NCBI GenBank assembly: GCA_040377305.1
Contig: JBEIPA010000035.1
Span: forward strand, 1-47,999
DNA from: Flavobacteriales bacterium
GTDB lineage: Bacteria > Bacteroidota > Bacteroidia > Palsa-965
DNA length: 47,999 nucleotides
Direction of reading: 5' to 3'
A program made the position numbers and the translations under genes. Positions 26,669 to 35,861 of the stretch are shown in pieces. Position 1 is the stretch's first letter. Every line of letters begins with the position of its first letter. The notes below the pieces were generated by a model, which saw only the letters and a list, made by a program, of their open reading frames with translations, was not told the origin of the DNA and searched no databases.

Positions 26669-27358
26669 GTGAAAGAGAAAGATATTTTCCGTCTGTTGGT
26701 TGTTGACGATGATGAACACATCCTGTTATCGTTAAAAGGGATTTTCGAAGCGGAAGGTTTCAACGTAGTGTGTGCCGACAACGGACGCGAAGCTATTGAC
26801 ATTGCGAAAAAGTTTCAGCCTCATTTGGTGATTCTCGACGTGATTATGCCGGGAATGGATGGAATTGAAATCTGTCACGAACTGCGAAACATCCCAACTC
26901 TTCAGAAAAGCCTGATTGCATTCTACACTGCACGTGGTGAAGACTACTCGCAAATTGCAGCGTTCTCAGCGGGTGCGGATGACTATATCATCAAGCCATC
27001 GAAGCCGGGAGTGCTGGTCATGCGAATCAAAGCATTGCTGAAACGAAACAAACTAAAAGAGCTTTCGACGAATATTCAGTCGGGCAACATTCGGATTGAT
27101 CGCGAGCGTTACATCGTTTTCAAAGGCACAGAAGAAATTACTTTACCCCGAAAAGAATTCGAACTGCTGGCACTCATGCTGGCTACTCCACGTAAGGTTT
27201 TCACACGACAGGAAATTTATCGTGAAATCTGGGGAGCAGAATTCGGTGATAAGAACCGCACCATTGACGTTCATGTGAGAAAACTGCGCGAGAAAATCGG
27301 CGAAGAGTTTATCAAGACCGTAAAGGGAATCGGATATTGCTTTGAGGCTGCGGCCTGA
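26669..27358 (+). CDS. OmpR/PhoB family response regulator, paralog of 33875-34558
   Basis: Receiver motifs VVDDD, LDVIMPGMDG and GADDYIIKP. wHTH motifs LPRKEFELL, RTIDVHVRKLREK and TVKGIGY. Confidence 0.93.
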   Translation: MKEKDIFRLLVVDDDEHILLSLKGIFEAEGFNVVCADNGREAIDIAKKFQPHLVILDVIMPGMDGIEICHELRNIPTLQKSLIAFYTARGEDYSQIAAFSAGADDYIIKPSKPGVLVMRIKALLKRNKLKELSTNIQSGNIRIDRERYIVFKGTEEITLPRKEFELLALMLATPRKVFTRQEIYREIWGAEFGDKNRTIDVHVRKLREKIGEEFIKTVKGIGYCFEAAA

Positions 27359-27632
27359 TACTACCCAATAATTCTTCACCACAAAGTTCACGAAGGCACA
27401 AAGAATGTGCATGGTGCTGTTGTGCGATATTGATGCAACTTGAGTGCGCTTTGAGGCTGCGGCCTGATACAATCCAAAAATTATTGACCACGAAGTGCAC
27501 TAAGACACAAAGAAATGTGATTGGTGGTGGTGTGCGATATTGATTCAACTTGAGTGCGCTTTGAGGTTGCGGTCTGATACTACCCAATAATTCTTGACCA
27601 CAAAGTTCACGAAGGCACAAAGAATGTGATTG
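27339..27632. repeat. Tandem array of about 2.7 units with 109-110-bp period
   Basis: GCTTTGAGG(C/T)TGCGG(C/T)CTGATAC starts at 27339, 27448 and 27558. Units contain ACCACAAAGTTCACGAAGGCACAAAG-like motifs. Confidence 0.92.
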
Positions 27633-27693
27633 ATGAAACTAACTGGGCGAGGATGTGAGACGGGCGAGCTCTATGGTTAGCAAGCAGCGCAAC

Positions 27694-27727
27694 AAAAAAG
27701 GCGCCCCCGTTTCCGGAAGCGCCTTTT
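27694..27727 (-). terminator. Intrinsic terminator of the T9SS gene, likely bidirectional
   Basis: AAAAAAGGCGC ... GCGCCTTTT hairpin 20 bp downstream of the stop at 27747. Confidence 0.8.
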
Positions 27728-27746
27728 ACTTAAAACTCCTGTTACT

Positions 27747-30503
27747 CTATTTCGCGATTACTACGCGCACTGTATTCGTTACATCTCCTGTTGTCACCTG
27801 GAAGAAATAAATTCCGTTTGACCACTCAGAAACGTTGTACTGAAGGTTGTTTGAACCTGCAGCCATATCGTGATTTTCATTCACCAATACTTTTCCTGAC
27901 ATATCGAAAGCAACTACTGTTACATCAGCTCCTGCGTTCAGGTTGATTGACATATTCAGTGTTTCGTTTGCCGGATTCGGATAAAGTGTCATTGATGAAA
28001 AATCTGATGCTTCTTCAACTCCAACTGCAAACTGAACAACTGTAGTAGTAGTATCTGAACATCCGTTCGAACCTGTTACGATCAACGTTACTGTGTACGT
28101 TCCGTTTGAAGTGTACAGGTGTGATGGGTTCTGCGCAGTAGACTGAGAGAAGTCACCGAAATCCCATGCATAAACTGTTCCGCCAGCAGATGTGTTGTTG
28201 AAATCAACAATTGAGTTAGTCCAGGAATAGTTGAACGCTGCTGTTGGTGCAGTGAGTGCTGTTACTGTTACTGGTGTTGAAGCTCCTGTACCGTTGCAAG
28301 GATCAGCATTCGTAACTGTTACGAAGTAAACACCAGCTGCACTTACTGTGATAGACTGTGTAGTCTCGCCATTTGGAGCCCACAGGTACGAATCAGAAGG
28401 TGATGCAGTCAATACAACTGTTTCGCCAGGACAAAGTGCTGTTGCACCTGCTACCTGTACTGTTGGTGCCGGAGCAGCGCTTGCGCTTACTGTAGTAGTA
28501 GATGAAGTTGCAGAACAACCGTTACCATCTGTGTAAGTAACTGAGTATGTACCTGAATTCATTACAGTGATGTCCTGTGTAGTTTCAGAATTCGGCGCCC
28601 ATACGTTACCTGTTGTCTGACTTGAAGAAAGTACTACACTGTCACCAGTACAGAAAGTAGTTGGTCCGTTTGCAGAAATTGTTGGTGCAGTTGGATTTGG
28701 ATTCACAGTTACAACTGTAGGTAATGAAGTTGCAGTACAACCGTTCAGGTCAGTATAAGTTACATCGTAAGAACCTGAAGAGTTCACGTTGATTGAAGGT
28801 GTGATTGCACTGTTGCTCCACTGAATTCCTGTTGCCTGTGAAGATGTCAACGTTACGTTTCCACCGTTACAGAATGTAGTTGTTCCGCTGTTCGAAATTG
28901 TTGGTGCAGTTGGAGTTGGGTTAACTGTAACCGCAATTGCATTTGAAGTTGCAACACATCCGTTAGACTTCCAAACAGTAACGCTGTACGATCCGGAAGT
29001 TGTAACGTTTGTAGTTTGTGTTGTTGCTCCATCGCTCCAAAGGAAAGTTGCTCCAGGATAAGAACCAGCATCAAGTGTTACTGAACTTCCCTGACAGAAA
29101 GTAGTTGAACCTTGTGCAGTTGCAGTAACTGTGAAAGCATTGTTGGTAGCCGCAAGGTATGGCTCGTTCTGTGGATCCCAGCTTGCCCAGCAATCAGTCC
29201 AGTCGGTTGTACCGAAAGCACCACGATAAGTAGTCGGTGTGAACCAAGGATCATTTACGTATGCGTCTGTGTAAGCCGCACCTGTTAGAAGTGGCGAACC
29301 TGCACTAAGCGTAAGATCAGGTGCAGCCAAACTAAGGTTGTTGATCATCAATGCAGCAGTTGTTCCAACTGTTGTGTTGTTGTAACCTGCAGTATTGTAC
29401 CAGGTGTTAATATTGAATGCGCCACTCGTGTTGTTTGGATTTGCAGCAGATGTTGCAGCAAGAGTGTCTGTCATTTCAACCAGAACTGTGTTCTCATAGC
29501 GCAGAGTGTCACCTGAGCAATTCAGGTGTGTTGCCGTATTCTCAATCAACAATCCTGTAGGATATCCTGCATAAACAGAGTTGAAAATACTGGTCTCTGA
29601 ATTACGACGTAGGTGCAATGCACGACGATAGAGTGAATTCACTACACCAGGGAAGCAATAAGGCCCGAAAATTGAAACGTTAGAAAAAATCGGGCGCGTT
29701 ACCGGAGTACGTGCACTTCCTGAAGCATCATTATCTGATTCATGTCCATTTGATCCTGATTGGTCAGCGATGTTAGGATCGCGCAATGCAACTGCCCACT
29801 GGATCTTTCCGCGGAAACCATAATCTGTATCGAAATCATCGTCCCAACCGCGAAGAGCGATCAAGTGACGGCAATTTACAGTTCCACCGAACCACTCGAA
29901 TGAATCATCACCCGAATAAGAAACCTGAACATAGTCAACCACTGTTTTGCGACCTACACCGCAAAAAGTGATTCCGTTGATTTCAGAGTTTGGCTGGAAT
30001 GCTACACCTGGATACTCAACACGTACGTGACGAAGAACGCCTGAGCTGTCGTCGTCATTCGGAGTTAAACCTCCACCGTAAATTGTTCCAACGCCACCTT
30101 CAACAATACCTTCTCCGTCTGTTGTTCCGTTCGCAATACTAGCTGCCCAATTGGTGCTTGCACGTCCTGCGATAATAAGTCCGCCCCAGTCACCATAAGA
30201 ACGCTGTCCAACTGATTTTTGTGATGTGAACACGATCGGTTGATCAACTGTTCCATCTGCAATCAGTTTTGCATCGCGCTCGATGATAAGCGTTCCTTTA
30301 GTTGCGAAATCTCCTTTAATGACTGTGCCTGGTTGAATCGTTACCGTTACACCGGCTTTCACGTAAACCCACCCGTCGAGCAAATAGATGTTGTTATTTG
30401 TCCAGGTTTCGTTTGCAGTAATGTTTCCCGACTTGATGATCTGCGCATTCAGTCCGAATGCTCCTGCTATCATCAGTGTACAGGCGAGTAATACTTTTCT
30501 CAT
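27747..30503 (-). CDS. Large T9SS-secreted protein: N-terminal beta-helix-like domain, Ig-like repeats, PKD domain, CTD
   Basis: GDWGGLII, DDSSGVLRHVRVEY, DDSFEWFGG and DDDFDTDYG motifs. Four TTFC/SGSYSVT-type repeats, a PKD motif (WDFGD...NPSHLY) and a CTD (LYPNPA). Confidence 0.88.
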   Translation of the reverse strand: MRKVLLACTLMIAGAFGLNAQIIKSGNITANETWTNNNIYLLDGWVYVKAGVTVTIQPGTVIKGDFATKGTLIIERDAKLIADGTVDQPIVFTSQKSVGQRSYGDWGGLIIAGRASTNWAASIANGTTDGEGIVEGGVGTIYGGGLTPNDDDSSGVLRHVRVEYPGVAFQPNSEINGITFCGVGRKTVVDYVQVSYSGDDSFEWFGGTVNCRHLIALRGWDDDFDTDYGFRGKIQWAVALRDPNIADQSGSNGHESDNDASGSARTPVTRPIFSNVSIFGPYCFPGVVNSLYRRALHLRRNSETSIFNSVYAGYPTGLLIENTATHLNCSGDTLRYENTVLVEMTDTLAATSAANPNNTSGAFNINTWYNTAGYNNTTVGTTAALMINNLSLAAPDLTLSAGSPLLTGAAYTDAYVNDPWFTPTTYRGAFGTTDWTDCWASWDPQNEPYLAATNNAFTVTATAQGSTTFCQGSSVTLDAGSYPGATFLWSDGATTQTTNVTTSGSYSVTVWKSNGCVATSNAIAVTVNPTPTAPTISNSGTTTFCNGGNVTLTSSQATGIQWSNSAITPSINVNSSGSYDVTYTDLNGCTATSLPTVVTVNPNPTAPTISANGPTTFCTGDSVVLSSSQTTGNVWAPNSETTQDITVMNSGTYSVTYTDGNGCSATSSTTTVSASAAPAPTVQVAGATALCPGETVVLTASPSDSYLWAPNGETTQSITVSAAGVYFVTVTNADPCNGTGASTPVTVTALTAPTAAFNYSWTNSIVDFNNTSAGGTVYAWDFGDFSQSTAQNPSHLYTSNGTYTVTLIVTGSNGCSDTTTTVVQFAVGVEEASDFSSMTLYPNPANETLNMSINLNAGADVTVVAFDMSGKVLVNENHDMAAGSNNLQYNVSEWSNGIYFFQVTTGDVTNTVRVVIAK

Positions 30504-30536
30504 TGTGTTTTGCTTTAAGTGTGTTATTTACAGGAG

Positions 30537-30613
30537 CAAAACTACCAGAGCACTATGATGCGAGTGTGAATGCGGTCTTATTGAAATGTTACCGTTGGTT
30601 ACGTTGATGTTAA
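30537..30613 (-). promoter_or_regulatory. Putative Pho-box promoter of the T9SS gene
   Basis: Minus strand: TTAAC (30613), GTAAC (30602), GTAAC (30592), ATAAG (30581), TTCAC (30570), then a perfect -7 TAGTTTTG at 30544. Confidence 0.7.
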
Positions 30614-30784
30614 GTCCGCTTGTCATTCCTCGGTATGCCTTAACAATTCCCCAACTTGCTCCTCAAACATTTGAGCCTACTCAGCCTGACAAGCAACAAC
30701 GGTTGTCAGATCGAGTAAGCCCGACAGTCTGTAAAGCCACTTCTGGGATAATTCAGGAGTATTCAGGAATGAGCTAACAGGTTG

Positions 30785-33694
30785 CTAGTTCTTCCTCGGT
30801 TCCAATAAACGAACCGTTACACCAATCGTAGCATAAGTCCCTCTTTTGAAAGAAGACATGCGATTATCTGTGATACGATCGAGGTTTCCATCTCCTTCTT
30901 TATCCTGGAGCAACAAAGTTTCCTGGTTGAAGAGATCAATCACGTTCAAACGAAGATCAACGTTCTTTCTTTCACCGAAGGTTTTAACAATAGAAAGATC
31001 AACCTGATGACGAGGCATCTCATAAACTTCAGGAACGTCAAGAACACCAGCAACAACTACTCGTGGACCAATCACATTGTACATCACGTTAAACTGAAAA
31101 CCAGCTGAATCGTTTTGGTAATACAATCCCGCATTCACAATCCAAGGTGATTGCCCCATCATAGGACGTTGCACATCCTGCGGACCTGTGTAGTTATCGG
31201 ATAATGTAATTTCACTATGGATGTATGCCGCGTTGGCTACAACCGAAATGTGACGGATGATCGGAAGATTTACACTGTCGAGTTTCTTACGGACTTCAAT
31301 CTCCACACCGTAGCTTGTTGCTGACGGTGCGTTCGACCATGTGAAACTGCGAATACCGCCACTACCTACTCCTGGAACGAAATACATCTCGATCGGATTT
31401 TCGAAACGCTTGTAGAAAGCACCAACAGTGATGTTCTCCCCGTTACGTGGATAAAACTCCCAACGCAAATCGATGTTATCAATGGTTGCCGTTTTCAAAG
31501 AATCATTTCCTTCGTTAATTGAGTTGGAAATGAAGTCGTAGAAATACAGCGGAGCGATTTCTCTGAACTCCGGACGATTTACCGTTTTGCCGTATGCTGC
31601 GCGAACCAACATTCGGTCGGTGAGATTAAAGGCCACGTTTACTGAAGGAAGAATCCGCAATTCATCGTTCTTAACAATTACGGTGTCCTCACTGTATTTG
31701 TTACTATTGAGTTGCTGCACATTCTTCTCTGCACGCGCGCCCATACTTACGCGAATACGTTCATGTGAAAGCCCATCAAACTGACCTTTGAACTTTCCGA
31801 GAGGAAGTACAACCATTGCATAACCAGCAATCAGTTTATTGGATGCGATATAAGAATCAGCTTTCTTCGTGTCTTCGTCAATCGCAAATCCACTGTCGTT
31901 GTTGATGTTCTCCGGCATGAAAATAGAATCAATCGGCAGAGTAAGAATTTCCGGATGTTGAAATAGCGCCACGTTGCCGTACTTATATCCGATGTTACGT
32001 ACTCCAAATTCACGCTCTTTCATTTCCGCGTATGCTCCGGCTTTCACAGTAAATGTGTAACTCTCTTTTTTCGCCTCTTCATTGGCACCAATTGTAATTT
32101 TCTGTTCGAAATTCACAGCACCCGCGTATGCGTGCTCATTCATGTTCACGTGCAATCGACTAAGGAAAAACGGAACTGCACTCGACGGAACATACAAATA
32201 GTACGGATCATTTGGAGCAGCACCGAATGGTCGTGAGTAACGTGCACGTTTCCAATCCGGATCATTGCGGGTTCCCATTGAGTAACCAAGCGTATAATCC
32301 AATTTTGTACGGTCATCATTGAACTCATTCTGTCCTCCCAGTTGACCGGTATAAATGCTACGCTGTACATAGTGAAATGAATACTCACGAAGCTGCTCGC
32401 CCGTTTCATAATTATCCCCCGAACGTATTGAGGTTTCATTATCTCCGAGTTGGTTGTACAGGTTCTTGAATGTGATGCGATGTTGACCTTTGTCTCCATA
32501 ACGCAAAGCATTGTTCTGTACGATTGCCAGACGAACACTGTTTACGTAATTTTCATCATTGTAATCAACCAGCGTATCGGCGATTCCTGTATTCGGATCG
32601 TACACGTAAAAATCATGCTTCCGTACTGCCCAATAGGAATTGGTGTAGGAATAATTAACCGCGGTTATATTTCCGAACTGATACTTCGGTTTGCTCAAGC
32701 GATACGAGTACGTTGCATTAAATCGATGATCCGGAAGTGCATTGCCATCTGTCATGGTCCAGGTATTGCCTAACGACTGACCGGCAGCTTGAAGCGCAAC
32801 GGGTGTAGTGAGATTTCTCACGTTTGCCGGAAAACCTGCCGGCAGCTCGCGCGCTCCTAACCCCATTCCTAACACATCACCTTTCTGAGGTGTGTTCAGA
32901 AGGAAAGGTTGAAAGGTTGTACCGTTTCGGTAACCGAACTGGTAGTTAACAACCAATGAGGTTGCATCCGGAATTTCTGTAGTTGTCAAGCGCACAACAC
33001 CACCTGCAAATTCTCCCGGCATGTCTGGCGATGCAGATTTGTAAACCATGAAACGATCAATCATGGATGCAGGAATGAGGTTGAACGAAAATGCTTTAAC
33101 ATCCGATTCCACAGACGGAGCCATCACGCCATTCAGCATTACTGCATTATATCTTTCAGATAATCCACGAACAATGATGAAACGGTTGTCGACGATAGTT
33201 ACACCGGGAATTTTTCTCGCAACACCAGTTGCGTCGGGAACAGGTGATGCTTTGATTTCCTCTTTAGTTTGTCCGTCAGTTGCAGTGTTACCTTCCTGAA
33301 CCTCTTTAAGCATCGATCCGGTAGTCCCCGTAATTTTGAAATCCACGATCTCCACTACCCCACCCGAATCACCTGCAATAATTTCCAGGTGGTCAGACAA
33401 AGGAAAATCAACAGTCGTCGTTTTTCCGGCAACCACAACAACAGTTTTAGCCGAAACCGGGATATAACCGGTGTACTGACAACGGACATTGTAAGTTCCT
33501 GCAGGCAGACTAATCTTAAATTTTCCGTCGAAATCGGCCTGAGCACCATAACGGGTGCTATCGACACTAATAATTGCACCAAAAGCTGGTGCATCGGCAT
33601 TATCTTGTTCGACGACAGTTCCGCTAATGGTACCATTCTGAGCAGCAACCGTTAACGACAATACAGAAAGCAGGAAAACAAATAAATTACGCAT
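30785..33694 (-). CDS. TonB-dependent receptor with N-terminal carboxypeptidase-regulatory-like domain
   Basis: ADFDGKFKI, plug IPGVTI...IVRGLSERYN and RPEFREIAP, DNIDLRWEFYP barrel motifs. Confidence 0.93.
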   Translation of the reverse strand: MRNLFVFLLSVLSLTVAAQNGTISGTVVEQDNADAPAFGAIISVDSTRYGAQADFDGKFKISLPAGTYNVRCQYTGYIPVSAKTVVVVAGKTTTVDFPLSDHLEIIAGDSGGVVEIVDFKITGTTGSMLKEVQEGNTATDGQTKEEIKASPVPDATGVARKIPGVTIVDNRFIIVRGLSERYNAVMLNGVMAPSVESDVKAFSFNLIPASMIDRFMVYKSASPDMPGEFAGGVVRLTTTEIPDATSLVVNYQFGYRNGTTFQPFLLNTPQKGDVLGMGLGARELPAGFPANVRNLTTPVALQAAGQSLGNTWTMTDGNALPDHRFNATYSYRLSKPKYQFGNITAVNYSYTNSYWAVRKHDFYVYDPNTGIADTLVDYNDENYVNSVRLAIVQNNALRYGDKGQHRITFKNLYNQLGDNETSIRSGDNYETGEQLREYSFHYVQRSIYTGQLGGQNEFNDDRTKLDYTLGYSMGTRNDPDWKRARYSRPFGAAPNDPYYLYVPSSAVPFFLSRLHVNMNEHAYAGAVNFEQKITIGANEEAKKESYTFTVKAGAYAEMKEREFGVRNIGYKYGNVALFQHPEILTLPIDSIFMPENINNDSGFAIDEDTKKADSYIASNKLIAGYAMVVLPLGKFKGQFDGLSHERIRVSMGARAEKNVQQLNSNKYSEDTVIVKNDELRILPSVNVAFNLTDRMLVRAAYGKTVNRPEFREIAPLYFYDFISNSINEGNDSLKTATIDNIDLRWEFYPRNGENITVGAFYKRFENPIEMYFVPGVGSGGIRSFTWSNAPSATSYGVEIEVRKKLDSVNLPIIRHISVVANAAYIHSEITLSDNYTGPQDVQRPMMGQSPWIVNAGLYYQNDSAGFQFNVMYNVIGPRVVVAGVLDVPEVYEMPRHQVDLSIVKTFGERKNVDLRLNVIDLFNQETLLLQDKEGDGNLDRITDNRMSSFKRGTYATIGVTVRLLEPRKN

Positions 33695-33719
33695 CTCTTC
33701 AGAGTTCTTTTTCGTAGTG

Positions 33720-33775
33720 CAAAGAAACTCCGGTGAGTTAACGGCTGCGTTACCTCCATATCAACATCATGTTAA
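33720..33775 (-). promoter_or_regulatory. Putative Pho-box promoter of the TonB-dependent receptor
   Basis: Minus strand: TTAAC (33775), TTGAT (33764), GTAAC (33753), then the -7-like TTTCTTTG at 33727. Confidence 0.65.
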
Positions 33776-33813
33776 CTGAACAAGACCAATTCAGGGATAC
33801 GACCTGAATATCC

Positions 33814-33858
33814 TTAATTTTATATTAACATAGGTCAAGTAATGCAAACGTAACTTTG
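33814..33858 (+). promoter_or_regulatory. Putative autoregulated phoP-phoR promoter
   Basis: TTAAT (33814) and TTAAC (33825), then a perfect -7 TAACTTTG at 33851. Confidence 0.7.
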
Positions 33859-33874
33859 CGTCGTAGATTAAGAG

Positions 33875-34558
33875 ATGATGAATAATAGTGAACATAAAAT
33901 TCTCCTTGTAGACGACGAACCGGATATTCTGGAATTCCTCAGTTATAATCTGAAGAAAGAAGGTTACCAGGTTTATACCGCATTAACAGGAGAAGAAGGA
34001 ATTACAGTCGCGAAAAAAGAGATGCCAAATCTCGTTTTGCTGGATGTGATGATGCCCGGAATCGACGGAATGGAAGTTTGTCGTGAGTTGCGGGCTGTGC
34101 CAGGAATGGACGGAGTGGTAATTGCGTTCCTCACGGCACGTAGCGAAGATTACTCGCACATTGCGGGATTCGAAGCGGGTGCAGATGATTATATCAACAA
34201 ACCGATCAAACCACGCGTCCTGCTGAGTCGCATCAAAGCGCTTCTGCGTCGAAGTGGTAACGGAAATGAATCCACTGCTGTTGATGTTGGCAAACTGAGA
34301 ATCGATCGCGAGAGCTATCTCGTGTTTAAAGACGGAGCAGAAATATCTCTTCCGCGTAAAGAATTCGAATTGCTTTCATTGCTTGCTTCAAAACCCGGAA
34401 AAGTTTTCGCACGGGACGAAATCTTAAATAAAGTCTGGGGTGATGAAGTGGTTGTTGGCGATCGCACTATCGACGTACACATCCGCAAGCTTCGTGAAAA
34501 ACTCGGAGAAGAGTTTATTCGCACCGTGAAAGGTGTAGGCTACAAGTTCGAATTTTAA
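33875..34558 (+). CDS. phoP: PhoP/PhoB-like response regulator
   Basis: LLVDDEPDILEFLSYNL, LDVMMP and RTIDVHIRKLREK. It lies directly upstream of a PhoR-like kinase in a phosphate-gene neighbourhood. Confidence 0.85.
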   Translation: MMNNSEHKILLVDDEPDILEFLSYNLKKEGYQVYTALTGEEGITVAKKEMPNLVLLDVMMPGIDGMEVCRELRAVPGMDGVVIAFLTARSEDYSHIAGFEAGADDYINKPIKPRVLLSRIKALLRRSGNGNESTAVDVGKLRIDRESYLVFKDGAEISLPRKEFELLSLLASKPGKVFARDEILNKVWGDEVVVGDRTIDVHIRKLREKLGEEFIRTVKGVGYKFEF

Positions 34559-34663
34559 TCGGCTGATTTGCTAGCGAGTAATCTGCATCAAAAAGCAGGT
34601 TAGTCGCATATTTCGTGCATCTGATGTACCTTTAGCTCATTACCTGATTAGCAAATTAGCACA

Positions 34664-35710
34664 TTGAAGCAACTGTCTCTTCGCCTTCTTGCCTTGTACG
34701 CCGCCCTCATCGTGGGTCTTGGTGCTTTCGTTGTTGCGCTGATTACAGAGTACATTATTTCAGATCGCGTTGAATGGATTCCTCTTGTTGTTGGTGGAAT
34801 TCTAAGCATGGTGCTTACGTGGGTTTTGTTTCTCTGGTTTACGAAAAGATTCATCAGTAATCGTATTCGTGCACTGTACAAAACCATTTACAACGTCAAG
34901 CTTCGTGATAACGAAGAACTGAGATTACCCGGAAGTGGTGATGAACTCATCAACAAGATTCAGCAGGATGTAATTGAATGGGCGGCTACTCGTTCAACGG
35001 AGATCGAAGATTTGCGTAAGCTCGAAATCTATCGCAAAGAATTTCTCGGCAACGTTTCTCACGAACTGAAGACGCCGATTTTCAATATTCAGGGCTATGT
35101 AAGCACATTGCTCGAAGGTGGTATTGAAGATCCTGAAATCAACAGGAAATATCTGGAGCGCACGGAGAAGAGTGTGGAGCGCATGATCACCATCATTCAG
35201 GATTTGGAATCAATTTCCAGAATTGAGTCGGGAGAGATGGCACTTGACCTCGAGAATTTCGATCTCGGAAATCTTGCGCAGGATATTGTTGAAGCGCAGG
35301 AGATGAAAGCAAGCAAGCGAAACATCAAACTTCGCATGCACGAAAACCTGAATGTCATTCGTGTGAATGCCGATAAAGACCGCATTCGTCAGGTGCTCAC
35401 AAATCTCGTTGTGAATTCTATCAAATACGGAAAAGAAAACGGCGATACAGAAGTGCGTCTCTTCGATATGGAAGATCACGTACTGGTTGAAGTTTCCGAC
35501 AACGGAATTGGCATAGGCAAAGAACATCTTCCACGATTGTTCGAACGTTTTTACCGCGTCGACAAAGGACGTTCACGCGATCAGGGCGGTACAGGTCTGG
35601 GGCTTGCCATCGTGAAACACATTCTCGAAGCGCATGGACAGACCATTAATGTGCGTTCCAGCGAAGGTGTGGGATCTACATTTTCTTTTACATTGCGCAA
35701 AGCGAAGTAG
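34664..35710 (+). CDS. phoR: PhoR-like sensor histidine kinase
   Basis: Two TM segments, H-box EFLGNVSHELKTP, NLVVNSIKY, DNGIGI, RLFERFYRVDK and GGTGLGLAIVKH. TTG start. Confidence 0.85.
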   Translation: MKQLSLRLLALYAALIVGLGAFVVALITEYIISDRVEWIPLVVGGILSMVLTWVLFLWFTKRFISNRIRALYKTIYNVKLRDNEELRLPGSGDELINKIQQDVIEWAATRSTEIEDLRKLEIYRKEFLGNVSHELKTPIFNIQGYVSTLLEGGIEDPEINRKYLERTEKSVERMITIIQDLESISRIESGEMALDLENFDLGNLAQDIVEAQEMKASKRNIKLRMHENLNVIRVNADKDRIRQVLTNLVVNSIKYGKENGDTEVRLFDMEDHVLVEVSDNGIGIGKEHLPRLFERFYRVDKGRSRDQGGTGLGLAIVKHILEAHGQTINVRSSEGVGSTFSFTLRKAK

Positions 35711-35861
35711 GCAGTAGCAGTAGTGCAGTCCGCAGTCTTAAACGCTTCCTGATTTCATCTGATTTTTGCAAATACTCCTGCTCTCATTCAAGCGATGAGG
35801 TTGCTTATTTTTACCCCGGTAGGCGCTGATTGCCTACTGCTCAACTGCTTACTGCCTACTG

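Noticed and set aside
27143-27620. Minus-strand ORFs 27143-27472 and 27312-27620
   Set aside because: They are translations of the tandem repeat and overlap the response regulator antisense.
27339-27632. Possible CRISPR array (also 47764-47999 and 1-202)
   Set aside because: The units are similar along their whole length with no unique spacers, the period is too long, and no cas genes are present.
30586-30777. 63-aa plus-strand ORF between the T9SS gene and the TBDT
   Set aside because: It is antisense to the operon, runs across the putative Pho boxes and hairpin, and shows no coding signal.
27747-33694. Classical SusC/SusD polysaccharide utilisation locus
   Set aside because: There is no SusD-like lipoprotein or glycoside hydrolase, and the TBDT lacks recognisable SusC signature motifs.
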